Shown here piece after piece: positions 12,116-24,614 of a stretch of 64,000 nucleotides of DNA; within the stretch, counting starts at the first letter, position 1; each line of letters begins with the position of its first letter. Origin of the DNA: Camelus ferus (taxonomy: Eukaryota); contig NC_045696.1 of NCBI RefSeq assembly GCF_009834535.1, positions 2,544,001-2,608,000 on the forward strand, in the 5' to 3' direction. The translations under genes were made by a program, and so were the position numbers. The notes under the pieces are model-generated. The model was not told the origin of the DNA. It saw only the letters and a program-made list of their open reading frames with translations, and ran no database searches.

Positions 12116-13295
12116 GTTCGGGGTCAGTTCCCCCAGTAAATCACTTTCCAAAAACCTCTGCCTCTGGCTTTGCTTCTGGGGAAGCCACCCTGAGGCAGGA
12201 CCCACCCAGCTTCCCGCTTCTCAGAGAAGGGAGGGGCTGTCTCTTGGTGTGAGCTCGGCTCAGAGGTGGTCTCTTGGGGACCTTGGCTACAAGCTGCTGG
12301 CACTCCTGGGGAACAGGACAGGCTGCAAGCTGAGAAGCAGGGACGTGAGCCCCAGGGCCGAGTATTTTAAAATGTGGGACAGAAACTGACCCAGTGTGTC
12401 CTTTAGTATAAGATTTTCTCACATAACAATGTAAATATAATTTGCTCCTTGGTTTGTTTGATAGGCACAAATTTTTATTCCTGGAAACTCAGAGGAACAA
12501 AGTAATTATAAATTACAAGAATGGAAACAAATCACTGCAGATTTGACCCTGGCTTCTCCCTTGGGCTGGTTTGGGAGCTGCCCGTGAGGGCAGGAACATT
12601 CAGCTGTTTCCGGGCTCAGCCAAGGTCGGCGGGAGACGGTCTCGTGGTTGCTCCCGGCCCCAAAGCCAACTCCATGTGGGACAACAAAAGATTTAATTAA
12701 CCTCTCTGCTTTTTCCATCTGTGAAGCAGAGCGTGAACGCTTGCCACCGGAGGCCATGAAGACAGACGCGTCTGTTTTTGGAAAACCTCGGTGCCTGGGA
12801 TGGAAGACGTCAGTGCTCAGTACTGAGGCTAAGCTAGAAAGGAGACCGCTCAGATCCGGAGAGGAGACAGCGCGCATCTCCCTCGCTGACGTGGGGCCAT
12901 TGCTCCAGCGGCGGGATGGGCAGGAGGGAAACAACGTACCCAGCGTCAGAGAGCCGCAGTGACGCCCCGTCCTCCTGTGGGCACGGCGCGAGCCCCGCCG
13001 CACCCCCGAGTGCGCTGGTTGGCGGACTCAGGAGCTGGCAGGTTTACGACCCGCTTCTTCGTGTGGGTGGGAGGAGGCTTCCTTCTCAGAGGCAGCAGGG
13101 GTTCACCAGGGATCCCGCTTTGGGTACAAGGCCAAGCCACTGCTGGTTTCTTTTTTAAATGAAGGAATATTTGACAATTAGAAGCTACATATATTTACAG
13201 AGTACAAGTTAATAATTTAATGTACCTATACATCATGAAGGATGGACTCTGATCAAGCTAGTCAACACACCCACCACCTCAGATAGGCTGGCTTG

Positions 13296-13427
13296 TTTTC
13301 TCTCTCCCTTCCTTTCTTCCTTCCTTTCTTCCTTCCTTTCTTCCTTCCTTCCTTCCTTCCTTCCTTCCTTCCTTCCTTCCTTCCTTCCTTCCTTCTTCTT
13401 CCTTTCTTTCTTTCTTTCTTTCTTTCT

Positions 13428-13470
<43 letters not shown>

Positions 13471-13535
13471 CTTTCCCTTCCTTCCTTCCCTCCTTCCTTC
13501 CTTTCATCACCCTTTCCTCTTCCTTCTTCCTTCCT
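13296..13535 (+). repeat. Compound (TTCC)n/(TTTC)n polypyrimidine microsatellite
   Basis: About 240 bp of almost pure C/T, seen directly, embedded in the L1 3'UTR. Confidence 0.97.
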
Positions 13536-16500
13536 TGCATGTGGCGTGAACATTTGAGATCCACCTCCTAGTAAATTTCAGGCACGTATTAACATATGTC
13601 ACAGGCACGTTGCTGTGCACCAGGACCTATGCATCTTTTGTAACTGAAACTTCGCACCAACCTCTCTGTCCTCCCCTCCCCCAGCCCCTGGCCACCTCCA
13701 TTCTACTCTCTCCTTTTATTAGCTCTGCTATGTTAGATCTCACGTATAAGTGAGATCACATAGTATTTCTCTTTTTTTAAAGAAGGAAATCTAATACCAT
13801 ACAATATTCATATATATATCTATATTTATCTCACAGTTTCTTTACCCATTCCTCCTTCAGTGGACATGTAGGTTGTGTCTGTATCTTGGCTATTATGAAT
13901 AATGCTGCAGTGAACGTGGGCCTAAAGATATCTCTTGAGATCTGATTTCATTTCCTTTCAATATATACCTTAAAGTGGGATTGCTAGATGATAAAATAGT
14001 TCTCTTTTTAATTTTTTGAGTTAACTCCATGCCATTTTCCATAATACTGTAACAATTTCCCACCAGCTGTGTAAAGGAGGTCTTTTTTCCCCAAGTCTTC
14101 ACCAACCTGTGTTGTGTTTTGTCTCACTGACAATAGCGGTTCTAACGAAGTGACGTGATATCTCATTGTGGTTTGGGTTTGCTTTCCCCTGATGATTAGT
14201 GACTTTGAGCACCTTGCCATGTATCTGTTGGCCATCTGTCTGTCTTCTTTGGAGAAATGCCTGCTCAGGTCCTCTGTTCATTTTAAAATCAGGTGGGTTT
14301 TTGCTGCTGTGTTGTATGGGTTCCACGTACATTTGTGATATGAATCCCTTACCGGATGTATAGTCTGCAAATACTCTTTCTCCTTCCTTAGGTTGACTTT
14401 TCACTCTGTTGATGGTCTCCTTTGCTGTGTAGAAGCCTTTCAGTTTGATGTAACCCCATTTTTCTATTTGTGTTTTTGCTGCCTAAGGTTTTGGTGTCAT
14501 ATTAAAAAAAATCATCGCTCAGACCAATGTCAAGGAGCTTTTCCCCTATGTTTCCTTCTAGTGGTTTTATAGTTTCAAGTCCTACATTTAAGTCTTTAAT
14601 CCATTTTGAGTTGGTTTTCGTATATGATGTGAGATAAGGGTCCAATTTTATTCTTCTGCGTGGGGCCATCCAGTTTTCCCAACACCTTTTACTGAAGAGA
14701 CTGTCATTTCCCCATTTGGTGTTCTTGGCTCTCTTTTTGACAATCAGTTGATCATATGTGCATGGATTCACTTCTGGGCTCTCTATTCTGTTCTGTTGGT
14801 CTATATCGTCTCTTTTTATGCCAGTACCATATTGTTTTGATGACTGTCGCTTTGTAATACATTTTGAAATCAGAAATTTGTAGTGCTTCCAGCTGTGTTC
14901 TTACTTAAGATTGCTTTGGCTACGCAGGGTCTTTGGTGGCTCCATTTGAATTTTAGGATTTTTTTTTCCATTTCTGTAAAGAATACAATGGGGATTTTGA
15001 CAGCTATTGCATTGAATTTGTAGATCACTTTAGGTAGTACAAATATTTTACCAATTTTAATTAATCCTTCTAATCCATGAACATAAGATGTCTTTCCATT
15101 TAGCCATGTCTTCTTAAATGTCCTTCATCAGCATTTTGTAATTTTCAATGTACAAGTCTTTCCCCTTTTTGGTTAAGCTTAGTCCCAAGCATGTCACTCT
15201 TTTTGCTGCTTTTGTGAATGGGATTGTTTCCTTAATCTCCTTTCTGGATTATTCATCGTGTATAAAAATGCAACTGGTTTTTGTATGTTGAGTTTGTATC
15301 CTGCAACTTTATGGAATTTGCTTATTAGTTCTAATGGTTTTTCTTTGTCGAGTCTTTGGGGTTTCCCACATACATGACCTCGTCATTTGCAAATAGAGAT
15401 AATTTTGCTTCTTCCCTTCTGATATGTCTTTTACATCTTTTTCTCGTCTAATCGCTCTAGCTAGGACTTCTAGTTGTATGTTGAAACAAGGCGGCAAGAG
15501 CGGGCATCTGTGCGCTGTACCAGATCTCAGAGGAAAAGCGTTAGGTTTTTCCTCCTTGATTATGATGCTGGTTGCGGGCTTTCCTATAGGGCCCTCATTG
15601 TGCAGAGGTGAGATCATCTGTACCTATATTATTGAGTGTTTTAGTCATGAATGAATGTTGAACTTTGTCAAGTGCTTTTTCTGAGTCTATTGGGGTGATT
15701 GTGTGGCTTTTTTCTTTCATTTTGTTACCAAGTAGTATCACTTTGATTTGTATATGTTGAACCATCCTTGCATACCTGGGATAAATCCCAAGACACACTG
15801 ATCACAGTGTCTGATCCTTTTAATATACTGCTGAATTTGGTTTGCTAGTATTTTGTTAAGAGTTTTAGCATCCATGTTCATCATGTATACTAGCCTGTAA
15901 TTTTCTTATAGTGCTTTGCCTGGTTTTGGTATCAGGGTGATTCTAGCCTAATAAAATGAGTTTGAAGGTCTTCTCTCTTCTATTTTTTAAGAACAGTTTA
16001 AGAATATTGGTATTAACTCTTTCTGAATTTTTGGTAGAATTCACCTGTGAAGCCATCAGGTCCTTGGCTGTTCTTGTCGGGAGATTTTGATCACTAATTC
16101 AGTCTCTTTGTTTTTTGTCAGTCTGTTCAGGCTTTCCATTTCTTCCTGACTCAGCTTTTGTAGGGTGTATGTTTCTAGGACTATATCCATTTGTTCTAGG
16201 TTATTCAGTTGCTGGTGTATAATTATGCATAATAGTCTTTTATGATCTCTTTTATTTCTGAGGCATCTATTGTAATGTTTCCTCTTCCACTTCAGATTTT
16301 ACTTATTTGAGCCCTCTCTCTCCTTTTCTTAGTCTTAGCTAAGAATTTGTCATTTTTGTTTATTCTTTAAAAAATCCAGCTTCTAGTTTTGTTGATTTTA
16401 TTTCTATTTTTGTCCTCTATTTGATTTATTTTTTCTCTTATATTTGTTATTTCTTTCCTTCCATTAACATTGGGTTTGTTTGGTCTTTGTTTTCTAGTTT

Positions 16501-17722
16501 GTTGAGGTGTAAATTTAGGTTGTTATTTGAGATCTTTCTTCTTTTTTAATTTATGTGTTTATCTCTATAAACTTCCCTCTTATCACTGCTTTTGCTGTAT
16601 CCCATATATTTTAGTATGTTTTGTTTTCACTTTTGTTTGTCTTAAGACACTTCTAGAATTTCCTTTTGATTTTTCCTTTGACCCAATGGCTGGTCAAGAG
16701 TGTGTTGTTTAGTTTCCACATATTAGTGAATTTTTCCCATTTCTTGCTGTTACTGATTTACAGTTTGAATGAAACTATGGTCAGAAAAGATACTGGGAAT
16801 GATGTTGATCTTCTTAAATTTGTTAAGGAGTGTTTTGTGACCTAAAGTATGATCTATCCTGAAGAAGGTTCTATGTGCACTTGAGAGTATGTAGTCTTCT
16901 GCTATTGAGTGGAAAATTCTGTATGTGTCAGGTCCATTTGGTCCATGGTGTTGTTCAAGTCAGCTGTTTCTTTATTGATTTTCTGCCTGGATTTCCCATC
17001 CATCATTGTAAGTGTGAAGTTGATGTCCCCTACTGTTATTGTATTGCTGCCTGTTTCTGCCTTTGGATCTGTCAATCTTTGCCTTATAGATTTAGCTGCT
17101 CTGATATTGGGTGCATATGTTTTTAAGTGTTACATCTTTCTCTTGAATTTACTCTTTTCTTGTTGTATACTAATCTTTGTCTCTAGAGAGTATTTTAGGC
17201 TTAAAGTTTATTTTGTCTGAGGCAAGTGTAGTCACCCCTGCTCTCTTTTGGTTACCATTTGCATAAAATATTTTTTTCCCATCCCTTCACTTTAGGCTAT
17301 GTGTGTCTTTAATTTCAAAGTGAGTCTTTTGTAGACGGCATATTGCTGGATCTTGTTTTTTATTTTAATCCATTCAGCCACTATATGCCTTTTTACTGGT
17401 GAGTTTAATCTGTTTATATTGAGGGTAATTATTGATTGATGAAGACTCACAGTTGCCACTTTGCTCATTGTTTTCTGTTCATCTTGCAGTTGTTCTGTCG
17501 CTCTCTTCCTCTCTTGCTAGCCTCCTTTGTTATATGATGTTTTTGTAGTGATTTGCTCTGTTTTTTTTCTCTTTATCTTTTGTGTATCCATTGTAGGATT
17601 TTTTCTTTGGGGTTGGCTTGAGGCCTGCATAAATATCTCCTAGTTATAGCCCTCTGTTTTAAGTGGGTAACAACTTAACTTCAATTGCATACACAAACAA
17701 AAGCTATCTTTTTGCTCTCCCA

Positions 17723-17748
17723 ACACACACACACACACACACACACAC
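17723..17748 (+). repeat. (CA)n microsatellite
   Basis: About 13 CA units, seen directly. Confidence 0.95.
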
Positions 17749-20481
17749 ATACCCCTTGTTTCTTATAGGCTGAGTTTGCTTCTTTTTATATTCTGTATCC
17801 ATTAACCAATTTTTATGTTTTGACTTTTATATTAGAGTAAAAGTAATTAATGCACCACCTTTACAGTGTTACATTGATGTATATATATTTACCTTTACAA
17901 AGCTGTGAGATTTATGCTTCCCTGTGGCTTCACATTGCTGTTTAGTGTGTTTTCATTTCAACTTGAAGAACTCCCTTAAGCATTTCTTATAACGCAGGTC
18001 TAGTAGTGATATACTATTTCAGTTTTTGTTGGTCTGGGAAAAATTATCTGTCTCCTTCTTTTTTAGAGGATCATTTTCCCGGCATCATGTTCTTGGTTAA
18101 CAGTTTTCCTTTTGGTGCTTTGAGTGGACCCTTCCAGTCTCTCCCGGTCTGCAAAGTTTCTGCTGAGAAATCCACTGCTGGTTGTATACAAGGATTCTCA
18201 TGCACGTGATGTGCGGTTTTATCTTGCTGTTTTCAAAATTCTCCCTTTAATCTTGACTTCTGATCATTTGCTTATAATGTGTCTTGGAGTGGTCTCCTTT
18301 AGTTGGTCCTGATGGGGACATTTGAACATCGTAAATCTGGATGTCCACTCCCCTCCCACCACCGGGGAAGCTTCCAGCCATTATTTCTTTGAACATGCTT
18401 TTTGCCCCTTTCTTTCTCTCTCCTCCTTCTGGGACTTCCATGTGCGTGTGTTAGTTCTCTTTTGTGTCCCTTCAATCCTGCAGGCCTTTTTGATCTTTTC
18501 TATTCTTTTCTCTTTTTTTTTTCCTGGCTGGATAATTTCAAAAGATCTGTCTCCGAGTTTGTGGCACCCTTCTGCAGCCTGGCTGAGTCTGCTGTTGAAG
18601 GTCTTTACTGCCTGTTTCATTCCAGGTGTTGTGTCCTTGAAGTCCAGGACTTCCCTTTGGTACTTTTTCATGATTTCTGTCTCTTTGTTGAAAGTCTCGT
18701 TTGTTCATGTATCATTCTGATAACATCAAGTTGTCTCACTGTGTTCTTTGGTAACTTCCTGAGATTTCTTAAAGCAATTACTGTAAAGTCTTTGTCAGAC
18801 CCTTTGTGGGCCTCCGCTGCTTGGGGCACGGTCACTAGAACTGACCGCGCCCCTTGGCAGTGTCAGGCTTCCTTGATTGCTCGTGTTTCTTGTCGGCTTG
18901 TGTCGATGTCTGTGCGTTTGAGGGAGAAGCCGCCTCCTCCAGACCTCACAGACCAGCTTTGGTGGGGAGGGACCTTCACCCACAGGCCGGTGTGAGGGCG
19001 CCAGCTGTGTGCGCTGTGCTGATGCCAGCTTCCTGGAGGGCACAGCAGTGGAGGCTCTGTGGCTCTGCAGCTGCTGAGGCCAGTGTCCACCAGGGCTACA
19101 GGGGTCCACGGTGGTGAAGGCTGCTGGATCCTCCTGCCCCCTGTACTCCTGTGGGGAAGCGGCGACCAAGGGGCGCTCTCCCTGCGCCGGGCCCGGCAGG
19201 TGGGCACACACAGCAGCAGTGGCGCCCAAGTCTGAGGCGCAGGTGGGGGCAGCAGCTGTGGTGTGGGTGTCAGGGTGCGCAGTCGCAGGGGACGTGGAGG
19301 CTCAGCCCTGGGGCAGCAGGACGTGGTGGCTCCTTTTTTGGTGGTGGTGCGGCAGCGCTGTGGGGTTGCGTTGGGGTGGGTGGCAGCAGTGTAGACCCCA
19401 GGCACTTCTGCCAGCTGGCGCCCCACGGTGAAGGCCTGAGGCTGGGGAGGGGGCCCTTGGCAGTGAAAGCTGCAGGTGTCAGCAGTGGTGATAAGGGCTT
19501 CCAGGATCTCCTGCTGTCCTTCCCTCACAGAAGGGGGTCGTGCCAAGGGGCCCCCTTGGAACAGAGGTGTGCTGGGCTTGGGGACGGGGTGATGTAGGTG
19601 AATTGCCTGCTGTGATTGTCTACACAGCCATCCTGTTTTTGTGCACGTCTGCGTTTTGGCAGCTTCTTTATTGCGCTGTGGCGCTCTCCCAGAGCTATTT
19701 TCATCTGTACATAGTTGTTTATCCATTGTTTTTGTTGTTTCTGTGGGGAAATGAGCATTGGGACCTCCTAGTCTGCCCTCTTAGTGGCATCACCTAATTT
19801 CTTTTTAAGTGGGTTATTTTTAAAATCAATAAACTGTGTGTGTGCTTAATTAATAGTGCCTGGTTAGTGTTGCAGCTCATTTATTTGAGATATAGACCCC
19901 AACTTGTGAGAGGACCCCCAGTGTCTGCCGCTTTGGGCTGGGAGAGGCACAGGTAGCTGGCGAACCTGCTGGAAGATGGATCTTCATATTCAAGATTTGC
20001 TCTGCTCGTTCACTGTGTTTAAGGTGCAGAGTCCGAGTTTGGCTTCTTAGAGGCAAGCACTGCTGAGCTATAGCCAGACAGTTCCAGGCTCCAAGGCATT
20101 GGCAAATTCCAAAAGTGGCATCAACCCTGGCTGGCCCGTCGAAGGGTGTGCCCAAGGACCAGGGAGAGTCGGTGCAGGAGGTCGGGCCCCCTGCACCCAG
20201 ACTCCACTGTGGGATCTGTCTGTCCGTGGTGGAGGACACCATGCCTCTGAGCGTCAGGGAGGACCAGGGAAGAAGGGCCTTCTGTTCACAGTGCAGCATG
20301 GAGCTGATGGGAGGGAGAGGAGAGGCCTCTGAGCAGAGAACAAGCAAGTCAGGACCTAGAGAGAGAGGTTTCTGGAGGCACTTTCAAGCCCTGCCATCCC
20401 AAGGTCTCAACAAAGAAACATTAAAATCAGATTCCAGCACATAATCTGCTGTCAAGATGCACTGGTGTTCGAAATAAAAAT

Positions 20482-20715
20482 ATTTTTTATTTTATTTTAC
20501 TTTATTTTATTGAAGTATAGTCAGTTACAGTGTGTCAGTTTCTGGCATATAGCACAATGTCCCAGTCATACATATATAAACATATATTCATTTTCATATT
20601 TTTTCACTAAAGGTTATTACAAGGTATTGAATATAGTTCCCTGTGCTACACAGAAGAAATCTGCTTTTTAATCTGTTTTTCTATATAGTGGTTAACCTTT
20701 GCAAATCTCAAACTG
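20482..20715 (-). mobile_element. Short young L1 3'-end fragment (camelid-like)
   Basis: (ttttat)n tail, then tgaagtatagtcagttacagtgtgtcagtttctgg...aatatagttccctgtgctacacag. Same family as the plus-strand copy at 22829-22960. Confidence 0.85.
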
Positions 20716-21601
20716 AAACAGAAATACTGAAAGTTGGATTTTTTAAAGGCGCGGGGGTCAGTCAGCGATCGTGGACCTCGGCAGGGCACAGAAGCCAGCC
20801 TGCCCTCCAGCTCCTCTGTTGCCCACATCTGCTCGAGCCCCAGCAGCTCCATCCTCCCTGCTGGCCACCTCCTGCTGGCGATGGGAGGCGAGGGCAGACC
20901 GGCCTCCTGGCTGCTGCGTGGCCTGTTCCCCCTGGGGCCGGGACAGGAGTGCTTCCTTCACGCTTCCCTGAGGGGCAGCCCGCCGGGCTCTGCTGGTGGG
21001 CTGGGGGTGGCATGGTGTACACACGCAGGAGTAGCAGCCAGACGGCTCCGATCACAGCGTCCCGCAGCGTCCCTCGGTGCCAGCGTGTGGCTTTGAAGTG
21101 GGTCCCAGGGGCGGGCCCGGGCCTGTCGTAGGCACATCTGCCCGGGGCAGCACCTGTGCATTACGGCCAGGTCAGCAGGTGCACTCGCCAGCCCCCAGAC
21201 AGCCCTCGCGGGGCCTGGGTGTGGGCAGAGCCTCCCTCACCAGAGCCCTCAAGGCCATGTGCCTGGGCTGGGGCTGCTTGAGGCCCCGCTCCTCTGGTTT
21301 GCAAGGTCTGCTGCGGGCCGAGGGGTGGTCCTGACACTCCATGTCACCTGGAACAGTGTGTCCTCCCAGGGGCTGCCTGCCCACCATGGTTTGCCTCGGA
21401 CACCAGGATCTTTTCCAAAATAATCATTTTGCTCTAAATTAACTCTTTGAACAAATGGCACACTCACACGTGTTTTGTGTCGTGGCACACACTCCGAAGT
21501 GCTGTTGGGGGGCCCTTAGTCAGTATGCAGTGACTCTGCCCCCCGCTGAGGAAAGGCAGTTCAGTCTTTGACTCTTTGCTACAGCTGGACATATGCAGCT
21601 C

Positions 21602-24490
21602 TTATCTGAGCTCCCTCTCTGGTGGGACTGTCAAATCCTGCAGCTGGGGGCCCCCAGACGGTGGTTCTCCTCCCGTCGCTGGGGTGACAGATACAGCGGG
21701 GTCTGTGGAGGGGGGCTCGGGCAGAGGGCTGTCTGTGTCCTGTGATCTCAGCTCCTTCCAGGATGGCCCGCAGCTCCTGTCCAGGAGGAAAGGGAGCGGG
21801 CAGCTCAGCACCCTCTGTGACAGGGGATGTGCGGGGCCAGCCCCGAGGAACCTCACCATGGCCCCTGGGGAGGGGTGACCGGAGATGCCTTCCATCCCCT
21901 ACATGGGGAAACCAGAGACCATGTCAGCAAGTATTGAAGACATAGGTTTAATCCTTGTGTTCGTTTGCTGGGGCTGCCATAGTAAGCACCACAAACAGAA
22001 AGGCTCAAACAATAGGAATGTGTGGTTTCGGCGCTGGAGACCGAAAGTGTGAAATCAAAGCGTGGGCAGGCTGGTTCTCCTAAGGCCATGAGGGAGACTC
22101 CGTCCCAGGCTGTTCCCCACCTTCTGCAGGTTTGCAGACAATATTGGGGTTCCTTGGCTTGTAGATACATCGCCTGATCGGCCTGCCTTTTCGTGTGGTG
22201 TCTCTCGGTGCATGTGCCTGAGTCCAATTGTCCTCTCCTTACAAGGACACCGGTTGTGTTGGAGTAGGGCCCGCTTGCCCCAGTGTGACTCCGTCTTAAC
22301 TGAATCACCTCTGCAATGATGCTATTTCTTGATAAGGGCACATTCTGAGATACTGGGGGTTTGGGCTTCATCACACAAGTTAGGGAGAAACACAATTTGA
22401 CTGATAAGAATTCCCTTAATATGCAAAGAACTTCTCCAAGTAAAAAAAATTCTCAGTGATCCCAATTTGAAAACTAGGCCAAGAACAGAACCAGGGAATT
22501 CTCAAGAAAGCAAACATCAGTGATCCGAAAATACACGGAGGACAGTTTAATCTTCCCAATAGTCAAAGAAATGCAGACCACAGCGCCGCGTTTTCCCCGT
22601 CAGATTGGTGACATTTTGTATAACTGATCATCAGTAGCCCTGGCCATGATTAGCGCATAAAAGCAGGCGCCTTCGGAGGACTCCACATGGACACCCCACT
22701 TGAAAATGTCCCCTTGATCCAGGGCTCCTGTTTCTGATTGTCTAATCCAAGGAACAGTCTCCAAAGATGCAGAGATACTGATGCACAAAAATCTTCATCT
22801 CAGGGCGATTAAAAAATGAATAGAAGCACTGTGTTCAGTATCTTGTAACAACCTTTAATGGAAAAAATATGAAAACGAATATATGTATGTACATGCATGA
22901 CTGGGATGTTGTGCTGTGCACCAGACTGACACATTGTAACTGACTGTACTTCAGTTTAAAAAAAAATGAATAGAAGCAAACCAAATATAGCAAAGGAGGG
23001 AGAGATTTTGGTGTATCCGTAGGAGAAGATATTATCCACTTGCTGCCAATTACATTTAAAAAGAGCATGAAGGGCACTGGAAAATGCTCCTGTTTCCATA
23101 TTAAGGGACACAAGAGTATGAAAGCCATTCCTGGGATTTGATTACACAGGTGTGGCCGACCGGTGATACGGAGAGGTCAAGGCCACTGAGAGAGGATGCT
23201 TTTACCGCCTGCATCTCCCGAGAGAAGGGGCACACGTGCTATGCAGGGCCCCAGGGGGAAGCAGCAGGTTTAAGTCAGGAGGCAGAAGCAGCATCTAGGG
23301 GAAGGCCAAGGGCAGAGCTTTGATGGGGTTTCTGCAGGAAAAGATGAAGAAAATTATATGAAAGGAAAACCTAGGGGCTAGTGGCCCTGGGAGGGGCGGT
23401 CCCTCCCCAGTCAGGGGGCCCAAGAGCACCGACGCTTCAGGAAAACAGAGAATAAGAAAGTCGAGTTAGAACCATTGGCCCTGTGGTGAAAGGATGCTGA
23501 ACAGACAAATCCAAGCTCTAAGAAAACACAGTTAGAGCACCCACATCAAATATTTAACTCTGTTTTTAAAATGCATAGAAACAGTCAGGGCTTGGAGGAA
23601 ACATTCCAAAAACGTTGATGGTGTCTCTCTGTGCATTGCATGGATGGCTGGTGATTTTTCCTTCTGTTTTTTTTTTATAATTTTCTTCATTTTCAAACTC
23701 TCTATGGGTGGATATGTAATATTTCATAGTCAGGAAAAGAGGGTTTCAGCCACGTATGCGGCCGCCCACAGGATTGGCCTCTGAGCATCGGCCCTGAGCC
23801 TCCCCTCCAGTCCCCGGCCCCCACCCTGCACCTGCCCAGGGGTCCAGCTGGGTTCATTCTGCGGGTGCATCACAGCCCCAGGAGGGAAGGAGGTATCAGA
23901 GTGTGCGGCGGAGGTGCTGGCCGTAAAAGGGGGGTGAGGAACCCATAGCTGGATCGTGCCGGTGACTAAGGATCCGCTCTGCTGTGTGAAGATCACTGGC
24001 CCTGCAGGCATCCCCAACACCCCTCTCCTGAGCCTCGGGCACGAGAACCCGCCAGGACTCAGCTCACCGCCCTCGGCCCAGGGGGAGACCAGGGTGGAGG
24101 ACACAGTGAGGAAAGCTGCTTTGTGGGACAGAGCGTCACACCAGAGCAGCCGCTTCCTGGGCACGGGGCCCAAGCTTGGTTCTGTGGGGTCCACAGCCTG
24201 GGGGGCTGGCACGAAAGCGGGGGCTGTCACACGGCTCACCTGCATGACCACCTGTAACCACAGGGAAGGGAGCAAGAGGGGCCTGACACTGCTGACTGTT
24301 GGCAGAAGGGAGTGGATGTGAATGTGTGGGAGAAGTGGGGAGGGGAAGCTGGTGAGAGAGGGAGGAGGAGGGCAAGGGGGAGGGGGGAAGTAAATTCAGG
24401 GGTGAAGAGAGTCACTCTGGGATCACATCCTGAGGTGACCGAGGCAGCTGCCGTTTCCGGAACATACCTTGATTCAGCCATGGCCTTCAT
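21602..24490 (-). CDS. Hypothetical spliced small ORF, 83 aa (exons 24490-24468, 24251-24240, 21898-21857, 21776-21602); no recognised homologue
   Basis: Canonical GT/AG sites (AAG|gtatgt, ttacag|..CAG|gtgagc, atgtag|..ATG|gtgagg, ggacag|), frame-preserving 12- and 42-nt internal exons, and position next to a CpG island. Ab initio manual model only. Confidence 0.2.
21956..22407 (-). mobile_element. MaLR LTR (MLT1C-type)
   Basis: tttgctggggctgccatagtaagcaccacaaac...ggacaccggttgtgttggagtagggccc...cacattctgagatactggggg pattern. Confidence 0.85.
22829..22960 (+). mobile_element. Very short young L1 3'-end insertion with 18-bp TSD
   Basis: TSD aaaaaatgaatagaagca at 22811-22828 and 22961-22978, preceded by tt (canonical TT/AAAA endonuclease site). 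The body is the reverse-complement homologue of 20482-20640. Confidence 0.9.
23139..23530. mobile_element. Degenerate ERV LTR remnant (family uncertain)
   Basis: gcagggccccagggggaagcagcagg...tcaggaggcagaag...ggcagagctttgatggggtttc resembles old ERVL-class LTRs and interrupts the L1ME sequence. Confidence 0.45.
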
Positions 24491-24614
24491 GAGGTCAGAT
24501 AGGCTGCCAGCAGACTCAAACCTTTCATTAACATTTTTTCGGGTGGTTTAAACCACAGTCATTCTACATGGAACATTGTTTTGAAATTATGACGAAAGAC
24601 ACCTTTGCTAGTCA

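Larger units (their letters stand above)
13150..19797 (-). mobile_element. Apparently full-length, degenerate older LINE-1 (L1MA-type; 5'UTR, ORF1, ORF2, 3'UTR)
   Basis: 3'UTR at 13150-13900. ORF2 remnants at 14008-14771 ([19 protein letters not shown]) and 15309-15798 (FPLRSGT). ORF1 coiled-coil remnant at 18381-18671 (FNSRLSQAAE...LGDRSFEIIQ). GC-richer 5'UTR ending in the L1M-like start (minus: aggtgatgccactaagagggcagactaggaggtccc). Residual TSD tttcttttt at about 13147 and 19798. Confidence 0.9.
22410..23720 (+). mobile_element. Ancient L1ME-type 3' region, interrupted by younger insertions
   Basis: aatatgcaaagaacttc...aatagtcaaagaaatgcagacc...tcagattgg resembles the degenerate L1 ORF2 end and 3'UTR. 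It resumes after 22980 and after about 23540. Confidence 0.55.

Noticed and set aside
13233..13571. Lys/Glu/Arg-rich and Phe/Leu/Ser-rich ORFs
   Set aside because: These are translations of the (TTCC/TTTC)n microsatellite.
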